A DNA stretch of 64,000 nucleotides. Origin: Vicugna vicugna (Eukaryota). The notes under the pieces were generated by a model. That model was given only the letters and a program-made list of their open reading frames with translations. It searched no databases and was not told the origin of the DNA. The translations under genes were made by a program, and so were the position numbers. Where the stretch lies: positions 7,115,449 through 7,179,448 of the forward strand of contig MU058423.1 of the NCBI GenBank assembly GCA_013265495.1. The letters are read 5' to 3'. Position 1 is the first letter of the stretch. Each line of letters starts with the position of its first letter. This document shows positions 13,961-29,643 of this stretch, piece after piece.

Positions 13961-16900
13961 CTGTCAATGTAATCATTTCATTTCTATCTAAATTATCGTA
14001 TATATTGGAGTATTCTGATATTGGAGTAAAGTAGACATAGCATAGATACGACTGAGAACACAGCAATATAGCCTCTGGCAGGTTGATTAACATTATATTT
14101 AATCTGTAGATCATACAAATGTCACTCATATTACAATGACTACAGTTGGTATGGGTATTTGGTAAAGATTTTTTTAAAGAAAAATAAAATATTTCAGTAA
14201 TGACATTTGACTTTCCCTATTCATAAAATTCATAAAACTATGTAGAAATTTTAAGATAGTCTCATAGTGGTGGTAGCGCTAGCAGGAACAATAGTTGAAT
14301 AAGACACTAGTGTTTATTTAAGCATAGATAAAATCTATAATGCAATCTATTTAACCAGACCTTCAGGTTCTAAAATGATTTTATTTTAGGTATGGGGATG
14401 GATTTTTTTAAGATCAATGGTTATTATATCTGTGAAACATGATTCATGACTATAAGGATTAAATTGTTGAAAGTTATTTTTTAGGGTCCAGGCAAACAAT
14501 GCTATCCCATGTCTTTGGACAGTTGAAATTGATGTATTATAGGGTGCATGTATTTCCAAAGTATACTTTAACAGGTGGTTAAACAACAGTCAACGATTAT
14601 CCAATTACATATGGAAGAACATATTTAATATGATTTAAAAAATCTGATATTTATTTAGTTAGCTTTAGCAACTGTTTATTTGACAATTACTACTTATTTT
14701 CCTGTATACAATTAAACTCAGAAGACAAACCTTGAAGAGACTTAAAATAAGGTAAACAATTTTGAAAAGAAACAAACCAAAACTACATAGCATTATAAGA
14801 CAGTCAGTGCTTAATGCCTAATGATATTAAATGACATTAAACAACAAATGTTAATTATGCAAGGGCAGGAGAAGAGAACAGAAATCAGCAGAAGGGTCAT
14901 GCAAGAGGTGTATGACCTTGAACTTGACTTCAAAGAGTATAGAAGATTATGTAATCATTTTAAGATCAAGAGATTGAAATTAGGAAACAGACAAGGTGTT
15001 TAAGGAATATCTGGTTTTACCAAAGTGGGGCACCTTGGGAGAAGGTCTAAAATGTGATGAATTCTTTCTAGGATCCAGGTACTCTGTTGTGTATTTACAT
15101 AATGTAATGCTAGAGTGGAAATATAATATGCTGTATGATTACTGAAGTTCTAAAATGACAAGTTGAGGTAATTTGAAGATTTGAAGTTTTGGGAACAAAT
15201 AGAGTAAAAAAATTGAAAGTTTTTTGGAGTAAATAAATTTAATAAAGTTTTAAGGGAAAATTATCATTAGTGTGCAATATATAAGAGGTGAGAGAGACTC
15301 AAGGAGCATAAAAGCTCAGTGATCGGTGTCATAATGCGAGAGTGAGCCACTGAGAGGGCAGTGGGAAGCCAAAGACCAGTGCAGAAGGAGCAAACACGAG
15401 GCGGATAGGCTAGTAGGATCTGTTACTAAGACTGGATATGGGGAGGGAGGAAAGATGAAAACTGAATGATGACTTCAAGCTTGTGTCCTTGTGGGAATGA
15501 CAATTTAGCAGTGCCATCCGTGCCTGCTCAGTTTTATCTGGTCAGGAACAGCAACAAATGCAAAACATTCAAACAGGAAAACTCCAAACCTCTTAGAAGT
15601 CACAAACCTTTTATTGACGTATAGTATGTTAACATACATTCTTTCTATTCCTAATCTATTCAGTTGGAAACATAGACGAGGCTATTTGTATCATGTTGCT
15701 ATGGTATCTATAGAAGCAGAACGTGTTTATTGAACTCTGATAGGTCTAGCTGTGATGTCATTGGCTTGTATTTAGAGGATCTATAATGTGTAGAGTTGTA
15801 TCAACCAAAAGGATCTGAAGGATCTGCCTGAGGATATGGGAAATTTTTATGAAGTGCCTTTATTATGAATATCCTCAAAAGAAATCTCTTACTCATCATA
15901 GCATTAGAATTACTTGTTATTTCTTGAGCAGTTAGCTGGGGTTCTTTAAAACTGATATGAATTATAAAAATTATATTTCTCTTTTTGCTGTGGCTTACAG
16001 AAATCTTGGAGTTAAATTTGGGACACAATAGAGAAGATAACTCCTTGATTTATGACTGTTTCTGTGAATTTTTGCATTCAACTCTATTCAAAAAGTACAT
16101 GTGATGTACTTGAATATTAACTATTATATATTATTATAGTTACTTTCTTTAAATGTTGGACAAAATCCTTTACATTGACTTCATAACACTTCAGTGCATC
16201 CTGACCTGCCTTGAAAAAAATTATTTTTTGCCAATCAAAGGTTAATTGCTTATTTATTTTCCTTATTTCACATTTATGATTTATAGTGTCTTTTATTTAT
16301 GTCTTCCCTGTAAGCTGCTGTAAGTCTTTTCTTACGGAAAACTCTAAGTATCTGAATGTGCCTGACAATCTATTAAGCTGAATTTATAGAGATTCATTAA
16401 ATGGACATTTCCTGAATTGAGCTTATGGTTTAGTGAGGAAGAAGGATATGAAATAGATAAAATAACATTGTAAATAAAGAGTAATATATTAAGAGATACA
16501 ATGAAGAAGGCAAGGTGAAAACAATGATTTTTTCCTTAAAGGAATTCTGTTGAAGTTAGAGCTATAAATAAACATCAGTTTTATCTATGAAAAGCAAGTT
16601 TTTTTATATGCTAGATTTAGTCTTGACGTGTTCATCGCTGTTTTAGTCCTCTTAGCAAAGAACCAGTATTTCAGTGTCATAGTTCTCCAAAGGTTTTGCT
16701 ACTAGGAGTGAATGTATCTTGAGAAACATTTTTTAATGCTCCCACTCTAGACAAACAAAATTATCCCAACAGGATACTGTGACTTTGGGCTTCTAAAGTC
16801 TGGCAAAAACCAAATGCTCACTGTATGCGTGATGCTGTACCGGAGAGCTGGTAATGGATGCCCATCAAAGCAGAGCATGCCTTCTGATCTCGGGGGTTTG

Positions 16901-19795
16901 CTCACTAAGTGGATGTCTTGATGCACAGACACAGGGCAGAGGGAAGCAAGGGACTAACAGCAAGAGAGGAAGGCAGTGCAGCATTTTCTCTTTTGTTGAA
17001 CACAAATTGAGGAAACATTTTATATTTATGTCAACACACCATGTGTACAAATACACTATGGAAACATTTCTCAGAGCATACCTACTACCTATATTTTTAT
17101 AAAACAAAAGCAAGCAGAATCCATCCCTGAAATAGTCTCTCTCCTGTGTATTTTTCTGATATGGAATGCCCTCATTGCCAACAGTTATTTCTGTAAAAAT
17201 GAGATGGAAAGAAATATAATAGTGCACTAGTAAATGCCCTCTGTCTTTACAGCCACATTTCCTTTGTCCCCCTGGAGGAGTGGGTCTTAACATGGAGAAT
17301 GTAGATGAGAAGGGGCCAGACACACAGCTGCTAAAGGGTGAATGTCTGAGCTCTCACAACTGTGCAATATATCAGTCTTTATCCTTTTCCTATGACTCTT
17401 ATGTCATAATTGTCCCCTGATGAATCGGACTCTCTCTTTCTCTTCATGTGCTATAATTTCTTCCTGTTGTTGTCTCTTCCTTAGGATTTTGTATGCCCTT
17501 TCTGTCATAATTTCTATTTCTCCTAATCTTTTTCTGCATCCTATTCCAGAGAACCTTCTTTTCACTGGCTTTTACTTAATCCTCAAACAAGGGACAAGAT
17601 TTTAGAAGGATTACAACTACTGACTAATTGGGTATGTGCTATTTTTCTTTTTTTTGAGTCAAAGCACACTTTCTCTCTTGAGACTCAGATAGATCTCAGG
17701 GGGCTGTTATGATATCCAGTCAAGATGAGCAAAGTATAGAGATGGTGCTGAGGATCAGTGACCAAAGACCGTGATATTGTAGGACTTTGACTTAATCATT
17801 CAGAATTTATTCTTTAAATTCTGGTAATACTTGGTATTTTATCTGAATTTTTAGCTTAAAAATCTGAGTTAAAATATATGTAATCCAGAGAGTGGGAATT
17901 TCCTCATACTAGTTTTGCCATGAAGGTCAACTTTTATTTTAAAAACTTGGCTTTTTTCTTTCTTTCTTTCTTTCTTTTCTTTTTTCTTATATAACTCTGG
18001 TTCATAAGAACTTGTGTTTGTTTCTCTTCTTCTCTCTGGTGGGCTGCCTTTTAGCTGAATGCTGATGAGATGATTTCACTGTTTACTTCTTTCCTTTCCT
18101 TTCCAAATGCTCCTCAGAATATGAAACACCTAATGAAAGTAACAGAAAATATGTATCAGGTGTTCTCCTGTGTATGAAGAATTAGAGAAATAACCACTAT
18201 TCTCACCACTCCAAGAAAATAAACTGATGCTGTTGACTTGTTTCATTACCATTGCAAGGTTTAGGGGAAAGGGGTACAGAAGACGATAAAGCCAACATAA
18301 ACGTAAAAAAAAGGTAACTAATTAGAGAATTGTAAATTCCTCCCTTTAAAAAAGAAAAAGTAAATCTCAACCCTTCAGCTGAAAACAAGTGACCTGTAGT
18401 AGTTAATGTTTAGTATTAAAATAACAGAATTCTTTATGATATTACAGTTGTTACAATTCATGCAATTCCAAACATATCTTTGGAAAGCTTAATTTGCCAT
18501 GTGTCCTTTGCTATCTAAATCATAAATTGGGGAAATATTTCATAGCTTTTAGCTTTTTTTTTTTGTGCGTTCTTTCCAGTTAAGCATTTTTGGTGGGTAA
18601 AAAATTTATCATTACTATAGGCAGATGAGTATACAAATGGTTTAAATGTTTTGTGGAAAAACTCTACTCTTCTTTTAATGGTATGACCTTAGATACACCT
18701 TATACACTTCTGGATCTTAGTTTTCTATAAAATTTCAATTCTGCAGTCATTTGAGATTGCATATCTACTTTTGAAATATATAGCTGTTCATGTACAGTTC
18801 TCTAACATCTGTCACATTCATACTTTATGACATTGTTTGAAGAACTTTAGACATATGGACACATTAATATCAGAAAAAAAAGTCTGACAAATTATTTCTA
18901 TCCCCATTTTATTGACAAGAAAACTGAGCCAAATAGAAGTTAATCAGTTTGCTCAAGGTGAGAAAGTTCTGGAAATGAAAATGTCACACATACAGTTGAC
19001 ATATTTACTTAGGGCTTGTGATGTTCTGGTAACTACTCGAAGTATGGAGATCAATTTTAAAAATAAGCAAAAACCTTACTGTTGTGAGTTTATCATTATC
19101 CGTTTAACCTATGTTTAAACCCAAGCATATTCATCTTAGATGTAATTGTTCATTTATCTGACATTTATAACACCCTCTGTTCTTCACTATAACGAGCTAT
19201 AGGGCAATGCAGTAATTGTTATTAAGTGTCTACCCTTTATAGAAAAAAATGTATTTGCAGTGTGACTTTCTCAAGGGCTGATACCTACCGTAATACATTC
19301 TGTGTTCTCAGTCAGTGTCACAAGAAAGTAGAGTCTCACTAAATTTTTGTTGAATGGGTGAATGGCTTCTCTTTTTAGTACTGGGTTCAAACTTTCATTT
19401 TTTTTTAAATGAATTTCTTCAGTGATTCAATTGGGATTACAGGATTGGTAAGGCTTATTCTTTTCAAAGTTGGCCTGGGGTATTTAAGTAGGATTTGTAA
19501 GTTTGTAATATCATTTGCTTAATCAGTAGGTATCATCAGAGATTTTCACTTTCCATTTTTAGATGTATAAAATAAAATCATTGCAGAGCATACTGTTATT
19601 AAAAATATGTAGACTTATAGAATGCTTGAAATACCGATTAGAAAAGGAAATTGCAGTTGTACTTTAGGGCATAAATATATGTTGAAAAAGTCTCTTCTTG
19701 TTTTCATCCACTGTTTCATAGTTAATGAGCTATGACAAGATCATGAGCACTATTTTAGCTACAGGGAAGTAATGAGTTTTTACTGTTAATTTAAT

Positions 19796-19952
19796 TTTTT
19801 GTTGTTTTTTGGGGGGGGGAGGGAGGTAATTCAGTTTGTTTGTTTGTTTGTTTGTTTGTTTACTATTTCAGAGGAGGTACCAGGGATTGAACCCAGGAAC
19901 TCCTGCATGCTAAACATGTGCTCTAGTGCTTGAGCTATACCCTCCCCCACCC
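19796..19952 (-). mobile_element. tRNA-derived SINE, camelid Vic-type, full length with TSD
   Basis: Minus strand reads ggggagggtatagctcaagcactagagcacatgtttagcatgcaggagttcctgggttcaatccctggtacctcc + (AAAC)n tail; flanking TACTGTTAATTTAAT 19781-19795 / TATTGTTAATTTTAAT 19953-19968. Confidence 0.85.
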
Positions 19953-22900
19953 TATTGTTAATTTTAATGCAGGTTTCACAACCAAGATGGCAGTCTAAAA
20001 TTTAATCTTATGAATGCCCCAGTGGAGTAATTAAAGTAGTTAAGCTTTGTAATTAAAAAATGGTATATAATATCTTCAAACTATACACATTGTCATTGAT
20101 TCAAATCTGCATTCTTTCTCTACTTGATATACATGAAAACATTTATTTGATTATTCTTAAATACCAAATATACTTCACTACAAAATTAATAAGCATTCTT
20201 TATAAAAGCCATGAGTTATTTCCATGTAACTTGTCAGTCATAGTGTATCTAGTTAAGATAATATGTATTTCTTTTAATTTTATACCACATCCTCTCTGAA
20301 AAGTATGCATTCAATTGATATTCTCCTGAAAATTTGGGAAATTTCTGTTGACTACACGAGTACATTTAGGTATTAAATTTTTTAACATATCCTTCATGTT
20401 CACATAATTTATTAAAAGACAAGCGCACATAACTAATTGTATTATTATGTCCTTAAGCTTATTACTATTATTTATATACAGTAAATATTTTATGCATTGG
20501 AAATATTCATGATGAAATCATGGAGGTATTTACAGGACAAAATTCAGTACCGAATGCTACATTTATTCCCTCAGAAAATAATGGTGGAAAACCTAGAGTA
20601 CAATGATAGACTGTGTAAGGAATATTTAGAAGGATGTCTCATGCTTTAAGTTCTCAGAATAATACAACTTTGGGGAGAGAAGTTTGTTATCCTGGGCCTA
20701 AAAAAATGGCTGGAATTTACCAGTACAGGAAAAGACCAAAGGCTGTCCAAGGTAGAAGATAAGTGTGACTGAACACTCAGAGGTATATATAAACTTCAGA
20801 GGTGTATATATAAATATATATATAAATATAAAACCCAAACTGTTTAGGGTTCTGCACATAAGAAAGAAATCTTTAACTTTTAAAATCAGAGATGGAACCT
20901 AATAAAAAAGTCCCATAGTGTCACATGTACTAAATGGTTAGTTCTCAAAACTAAAAATAATTATTTGTTTAATATTTAAAATAAACGAGTCAACAACAAT
21001 GACAAAGGGCAAAGATTCTAATGAATCGTAGAGCAAATTATACGAAAGTGACAGAGTGACTTTTTGACAAAGGAGATGAGCATTGCTATCAATTCTTTAG
21101 TTTTTTCATTTTAGAAAGTTGAATCAACATGAGCTTGTTTTGGGAACATTGGTCTTAAATGACTTTATTTCTTCTACTTATCAAAATTTGGCATAATACG
21201 TGTAAATTACAGTGGTACAAACAATCAGGGAATTTTTTTCTTCATCATTTATAAAGTACTCAGCTTTCAGGAAGAAACTGTGAATCAAGACACATCAGCT
21301 GGACCCTGGGCCTTATGGCCTTTACCTGAAAAGTAAGCAAGTCGTACAGAAGTTAAGTTATATTGCGCATGTAAAGTACTTAGCACAAAAATTGTTTAAT
21401 AGGCTCAATCATTGGAAAATAATAAATTATCTTACTATATGCTTCTGCTTTCTAGTGAATCTCCCCTTTTTATCATTCTCATCTCATAGCTGTCAACCTT
21501 AACCTGGTTTAATGTGGTCTCTTTCTCAGGTAGTCTTTGAAAAGTTGGGGTTTAAATTTAAAACAGGATTAAAGAGAAAGATTTCATGGCCTGACAAATT
21601 AAAATTGCAACTCTTTTTGGATAGTCAATTACAAATAAAGTATCTCAGCACTTAAATTGGGTGCTCAGTTTAGATTTGATAACCCTAACAGGTAGTCATC
21701 CTTTTATAAGATTTTGCAAGTAAAATGTTAAAACAAAAATGTAATACAGTCACCTTGTTTGTATGCACGTTGATCCCAATAAATCAGATTTTCAGATAGA
21801 GATTTACCATTAGGGATGATAATGTTAACCTATTAAAACAGAATCACCCACATCACACTGTATATTGCCTTCTGTTTATACTTTTACCAAAAAAGAGTGC
21901 TTTCATCTCTGAACATTTTTTCTTTCTCTTTGTAATTCAAGGCATACCTTTGCGTTCCTTTCAACTTCAGGGTTCTTGCTCTTGTTCATCTCCTTTTCCT
22001 CCTTCTCTCTGTCCTGTTCTCTCTCTCACAATCTCTCCATGTGTCCCTCCCCCTCCTCCTCATCCTCCAGCCTTTCCTCCAGACTTAACAACTTAATGTT
22101 TCTCTAATAAGTAGAGACAAATCTTTGCTCTCCTTTTACTTTTCGGTCTGCACTTCTTGAATGTAAAACATGTAGAAGACTCTCTTATTTTTATCTTGTG
22201 CACTGACCTCTGGAATCACTCATCTAAAGTCTACCACCTGATAACTGTCGTACCACTTGTGGTTGACTCTTTTTCATGTATTTTAATATTACTAAAGTAA
22301 AAAATAAATTTTGACAGAGGATACATGTTTATTCTCTAAAAAAAATACTAACTGAAATTTTCCTTTGTCATCATTTCTTTATTATATGAATTATGTGATT
22401 GGTAAAAATGTAATTTTCACACAACTCTTGATTAATTATTATCCATATGAACCACAATTCCTGAGTTTGTTTTTAAAATATATATTCACTATAGCTCAAA
22501 AATGCTACCTTTTGTTTATATCAAGTTCAAATTTTATGATTTCTTTAACCATATTTTTGGTGAAGTCTCTTCAAATTATTTCTATTTCCTAAGTTTAAGG
22601 TACTCTATAATTAAAACAACTATAGTAGTGGTTCAGTTAGTCCTAAGACAAACAAAGTCAGAGACAAAATCACTTTTTATAGTGTTACTCTTAAGTTAGT
22701 CCCAATAATCTAAAATCTATGTCCTCTCCATTCATTTTAATTACTTTAATATTCAGATACTTTGCAAAATAAAAAACTACTCTATGTAGTTTGTGAATTT
22801 AGCCAGAACAATAATGTCAAGAAATTAAATAGTAGGTATTCTTGCAATCCTTTCTAATCAATGAATAGTTCAATAAAATCGAACAGGTACTAAATTTAAC

Positions 22901-24394
22901 GAAATTCCACTTAAGTGGCCCCTGGGAGCCACTGATATCTTCATCAGGGAGAAGCAGTGAGCAGCTTTGTGGGGACAGCACAGGGAGGAGTCCAAGCTCA
23001 GAGTTTCTCTTGACTAGTTCCCTGACTGTGGGAACCACAGGTTCCTTATCCTTAAAACCGCCACTCTGCAGCTGTACCATCAATTCCATGGAAGGTTTGT
23101 GAGAATAAAATGACAAAATAAATGTGAAACTGACTTGTAAATTGTAAAGCAGTACAGCAGTGCCAATTGTTGTCATTTTCATGGTTCTTATGTCCATAGG
23201 TATTTAGTTTTCTAGTTAATAAAAATATAAATTAGAACCAAGTCAATAATTCATATTTCTGTAATAAAATTATTTTAATTACATAAGAAGGATAATATCA
23301 GAAAATGAAGGCTAAACTATAATATTTTTAACTTTTATAAATCATTTCTTTGAGTTTTAAAATGATGTTTTTATCTAGACTTCTCAATTATTAGGGAAAA
23401 CTGCTAATGGTCATATTTTCTAATATTTCACATTTAGTTCAATCATGAAAGAAAATGATAAATTTTAACTTGGTCACCCATCTATGAATCCAATCCAAAG
23501 ACAATATTCTTGTCATTGTTCATTAAATTAAGTTGGAAATAGTGAATAGGTTATACGTGAGCTTTATGTGACTTAGCAAATGTATGTTTGCATTTCTTTT
23601 ATTCCTGCTTTAAATAGTGTTTTCTTGAATTGTTGATAGTAGTAATTAATATGAAAGCAGTATCTGCACTGTTTTTTTTTTAATTTTACATATTAGGCAT
23701 TTTTAAAAGCAAATTAGTTGAAAATAAATGGCATCTACTTTGAAACTCAGTTGGACATACCTCATCAAATGTGAATTATCTAGTCAGTGTTCATAATATA
23801 ACACAGTGGTCCCTACAGGACTCCATGACAAATTTAAGGTCTTTCTGGGACAAAGTCCAAACTCTGGGATGGGGATTGTTGAACTTTATTATATAAGAAA
23901 TTATTTTTGTACTTCCATGCAATGACAATTTCTGAGCTCATTTTTTAGAACTTTGTGATTCAGCAAGTTTGAGGTGAAGTCCAGAAATTGCTTTGAAAAA
24001 ATGCTAGTCTAGAAAGTGTATTCTGCCTATCCATAATAATACAGGGAGAAAATCGTATAGGAAAGCATTTATCGGATTTACGTCTTATATATCATTGTAA
24101 ACACTTTTGAATACTTAAATGAAAAGGATAACATCTATAAAATATTGAAGATATATAATTTTGAAATATTTTCATCTTATCAATATTTTCTAACTTTAGT
24201 ATCTGTGCTTGATATTGGGGCTAGAATTTGATTTTTTAAATAGTGAATACTGTTTCTCTCTGCGATTAAAATTGTCTGAAAGTTACTTTTACATTATTTA
24301 CTATACTATAAGATTCCACTACTACGAAAGTGATTCATAAGCCAGTGTCACTTTTTTCATCATTAATAACAAAATACTGTCTCCCCTGTACTAG

Positions 24395-24670
<276 letters not shown>

Positions 24671-27600
24671 TAAATGAGATGACATTTTCCCGCGCTTTAT
24701 GAAACCCTAATACCTGTGAGGGAGTTGGATATTATTAATGTAAAAGGCTTCTGATATTGCTTTTAAAACTTAAAATTGGAGTTTTGATTAAAACTACGCT
24801 TTGCTGCTTTATATTAGAAAAGTCTGCACCTTTCACTCCTCTTGTAATACAACTTCATTTCCAATCCCTTTCATAGTCTGTAAGTGAAACCCATAGGACA
24901 TGACTGCCCTTCTCATGTAATTTGAGTTTTGATCTACAGTGAATGAGATGGAAAACATCCGGCCAATTATTTTATCTTATATTTGTTGTTTAAAAGCTTA
25001 TGTTTAAATAATTAAGAATCTACTCATTAGGTTTAAGTTTCATCATCATGATTTCTTCCCTAATTTTGTTTCTGCTTTTGGTTAATCATATGAATTTTCT
25101 AAAATAATAAAGCCCTCGCTCATCCTCCATGGTTAAAACACCAACTCACTCAGTGAATGTGTATAAAAATTGCTGACCATAGGATGCAGAAGTATGAGTT
25201 CAATAATTTTGTGTATATGTAAGTCTTGACATGTATAATCCAGTCAAAGCCTATATTCTTCAAACTACCTTTTTATCACTGAAGCCTTAGTTCTAGCAAG
25301 TTGAGTCAGATTTGGCAAGTCACTTTCCTTATCCATTGACATTATTGTTGGTGATAGTTTAAAGTATTTCCAAATTCAAATGATTGATTCTATAATATAT
25401 TACCTTTTACAACATTTAGAATATTAAAATAGAGCCATGTTACCTGTGGATAGAATTTTTAGGTGACAGAAAAAACACTTTTAATTACTGACAATTTTTA
25501 AAGCAATGTATTTCCAGTTTAGTAAATTTGTTGAAAATTTAGACATTATTTTCTGAGATGCTAATAGACAACTATGAAAAAAATTGTTCTTTGTCTCCCT
25601 CTTACAATTTCTGTAATTTCCAAGCAACCTCAGAAGCTAAAGATTTGTCCATAAAACTTTATAGTAAACTGTGTACTAGGCGAGGATAAAAAAGACATAG
25701 ATTCAGATCCTTTAATACAAATTCATTCAAAATTTCAGCACACCCGTATCTTGGCACAACACAATGAACAGAGAAAAGGGATATACATTGCTTTTGATGC
25801 AAATTGAGAATATATTAATTAGAGAAGTCAAGAATTCCACAAAGATAATATATTGAATGCTGAGTTTTAAAGTGGTTAAAGGCTCGATTTTATGATGAAG
25901 AAGTAAAATATTGAAACAGAGACAAGAATATGAAAAAGTACTGAAAATGATAATAAATTAATTTGGTGAGACAAAGGAGAAATTATTGACAGAAGCCCTC
26001 ATAAAAGCTGAGAGTTGGGCCTGGGTTTTGTTGGTGACTGATGACACCGTGACCAAAGAAGGAAGGAAAGGAGGAACACTTTGCCCATTTGATCTCTCTC
26101 ATTTATTCCCACCACGAACAAAAACTTCGAGATGGTCATTCTATTGTTCCTTTATTCAACAAATAGTTACTGAGAACAAATAAATGCTGGACACTGTATT
26201 AAGTAGTATTTTTGAAGGAAGGATCCATTTAGGGATGGTAGGATAAAATAGTTACAAAACTGTTAGATGAAAGTACCCATAGACCTCCATGCAATGGGAA
26301 TGTTGGCTAAGATGTTAAGTGAAGCCTTTTACAAAACCAAATATAAATTATGGATCTTAACTTCTCTGATCAACTTGTGTTATAAATTGTCATATAACTA
26401 TCAGCATGTGAAGGCTTGCACAAAGAGAGAGACAAGACGCGGATCTGTGAAAAGCACATCCTTGGTCCACTTACCTACCAACCAACCTCTTTGAAAGGGA
26501 GAAAACGGAAAACAAGAGCCATGAATATCCACATGACTTACGGCAATAACTATAACCTAACCTGTATTCCCAAATTAATCAACCTGATAAGAAACTCTGG
26601 GGGGTGGGGGTGCTGGAAAGCAGGTAAGGAAAAGAAAGCTAAAACTTCTTCTAACTAACTGCATTGATAGAAATATTTTGATGGAAAGAATAATTCTTGG
26701 AAAAAAACTATTGATTGTATCAGGGAGGTACTGGATTCTTAGACTACAGATAGGAAGCTATGTTGATAATGTATTTATTTGAGAGACAACTGTAGAAATG
26801 GGAAGAAATGCAAGATCCAAAACACAATGAAGGCAATATATTAAGCATAAATGGATTAGGCCATAGTAGGTGTAGATACAAGAAAAAATTATTTACAGTT
26901 TCAAGAATGTGTGAAGATAGTTGAAGAGGGAATGATACGTGTCAGGATTGCAAATCTGGGAGTTATTTAGAATAAGAGTGTTGTAGGAACCGTACTATTG
27001 AATCCCCATTTGATGTAACATTGAGGGAAGAGAATAAACATTTGAACTCACCCTTCAGAGAAAGTCATAATGGTGGGAGTGAGTAATTATTGTCATCATC
27101 ACCATCATCATATGTGTAAACTAGAGTTGTCATTAAAAAGATTAATTAATAATTAGAAAATAAATGCATAAATTGGCTTTTGAATAAGGAGGGATGGATT
27201 CTCTGAACTATAATAAAAGCTGAGAGCATACCAAGTCAAGCTTAAGACACGGGGATGAGTAGCTGCTGTTTTTCAATTTTTAAGGTAAGATTCAGCTATT
27301 AATATTAATGAAGGGGTAGAAGTGATGAAATAAAGACTGCTTAAGGCAGGATGGATGACTTTCCGGGAGCCCTGTAGGTTGTGGGCCAGGAATGGAAGAC
27401 TCTTCTTAATGGAAGAAGAGTCTGTCATCTTGCAGGTTGGAATGAAGAGTCTAAATTTAGAATGGGGTAGGTCAGCTGGAAGGCTTTTCCTGACTCCACA
27501 CAGACCAAGGGCAGAAGAAATAAATGGCAGGTGATTTGTGGCTAGAGATTACGTATACTGTAATGAAGGCAGATAAGAATTATTCTGTCTTACTTACAGA

Positions 27601-27919
27601 TAACACTCATATAAAAGAACTGGTTTTTGGCGTTCAGGCTCTCAAGGAAACCTGTTAAGGAGAACTATCTGAATCGGCTGATGTCTTCTAAATAGTGAAA
27701 TTCACAGCACATTTTATGAGTATAAATAAGTTTGAGACATTGTAATATTTAATTTGAAAGAAATAAAAACTCTCCAGCGTGACATCAAGGGTGTGTGTTA
27801 AATGGTAGTTATGGTGCAATTCTGAAAAATAAGCTTTTATGGAACCCAATAAAGTAAGAAATCAAAGCTAACAAGTTAACTTCGTTTTAGAGATATTTTG
27901 TTTTTTTTATTGTCATTAA

Positions 27920-28720
27920 GTAATTAACTAACTCAGCAAATATCCCTTAAATGGCTGCTCTGGGCCACAGGCCAGGGAGATACAATGGGATTAAAAAACA
28001 GACACCGTTTCTGCCCTTACACAGTTTATTGCCTGATGGGGCATTAGATGATAAGCAAGGAACCACTGAGTACATGCATGATTACAGGCTCTGCTCAATG
28101 ATACAAAGAAGCTGGTGCATGTCAGCTTGTAACAGAGGGACCTAAGCTGGAATCAGAGCCTTTCCTTGGACAGGACATTGATGATGGAACATGAAAGATA
28201 AGGAGGAATTAACTAGGTGAAGGGTCCTCCTGGGGGCATTCCAAGCCAAATGAACAACATGCACTCAGGCCAAGTGTCAGGAAGGGCACGGGATTGAGTT
28301 TAACTTGAGAAAAGATCGAGAGGGGTTGAAACACAGAGAGCAGAGACAAGAGGAGACTAGACGCTGCTCCGCAGGCAGTAGGAGCCAGGTAATGGCAGGC
28401 CACAGAACAGCTTGGTCTTTATCTTAGGAAGTGTCAACAAGTAAATTGACTGAAGAATGTGGATAAGATGATCTGATTGTCTCTCTGGTCACAGCAGAGG
28501 GAATAGTTTGGAGGTAAGAACAGATGTGAGAAAAGAAGGAGGTTATTTCAGTAGTTCAGAGGAAGACCACTAGTATTTTGGAAAGATGATAATAGTAGAG
28601 ATAAAGGGAAGTAAATATATTCAAGAGATAAAAGTTAATCATCGTAAAGGGACAGGAGGTGGTGAGGGAAAGGGGTGGGGAGCAGGGGGAAGCCAAGGTG
28701 GGAGCTAATGACCTGGATCC
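27920..28720 (-). mobile_element. Degraded LINE-2 fragment
   Basis: aactcagcaaatatcccttaaatggctgctctgggcc...ctgcccttacacagtttattgcctgatgggg...ggggcattccaagccaaatgaacaaca. Confidence 0.55.
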
Positions 28721-29490
28721 CCTGCTTGTCCAGCAGGAGAAGAGATAGAACCACTGAGTGCAATCAGGCACATACCTTGTGCAAAACTGATGAAGTCTTG
28801 ACATTTAGGAAATTATTTATTTAAGCTATGAAAGGTGTTTTTTTTTATTTTTGCCATCTTCATTGTCAGGGCACTATTTTTTAAACTACGCAATATAGGT
28901 AAATTTTAAAACAGGAAGATAATGCCGTTGGCAAAAAATAAACAACAGAAAAAGCTAACAGCCTTGTCATTTTGAATCAGTGGAAGCAGCAATGAATTAA
29001 AATATCAAAATCTAGAAAAAATATCAAAACATCTGTTAAAAATAGAAAAAGCCTGCACATAAAGCAGACTATAAATTTGGGCATATGAGGCAATACAGTT
29101 TATATTTTGGGGACTTAATAGCCACTGTCCAGCTATTTCAGTGGCACCACAGAAGAATAGAGGCTCAGTGACTTTTCACAAACATCAAGCATTTAATTTA
29201 TCAATACATAATACTTGATTCAAAAATGTGTGTTTGAAAGAGAAATTCTAAGTTGAGTTGTAATTTTTTGTATGGATCATAACTTGAGATTCATAAATTG
29301 CTAACAATAGTATTCTTCTTCATGAAAGAATGTAGGAATCTTTGTGTTATCATTTGCTACTGGAAAATATATTTGGGGGGAACATTAAAGCAATTTCCTT
29401 GTCAAATATGGAAGCCAGAGTATTGCTGCTATAGCTGCACTTAAAAATTGTAACAAGTAGCTCATTTATAGATTTCCTACAGCAAAGTGA

Positions 29491-29643
<153 letters not shown>

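Noticed and set aside
16865..17323. 152-aa minus-strand ORF
   Set aside because: No recognisable homology, starts at a non-ATG codon, no support for splicing; chance intronic ORF.
19875..19950. tRNA gene look-alike (A/B boxes), also ~6360-6430
   Set aside because: Has SINE tail and TSD and degenerate stems; it is a tRNA-derived SINE, not a tRNA gene.
22817..23197. 126-aa minus-strand ORF
   Set aside because: No recognisable domain; overlaps a MIR-like remnant; consistent with chance.
28666..28689. G-quadruplex motif GGGAAAGGGGTGGGGAGCAGGGGG
   Set aside because: Isolated motif within a degraded L2 remnant with no supporting context.
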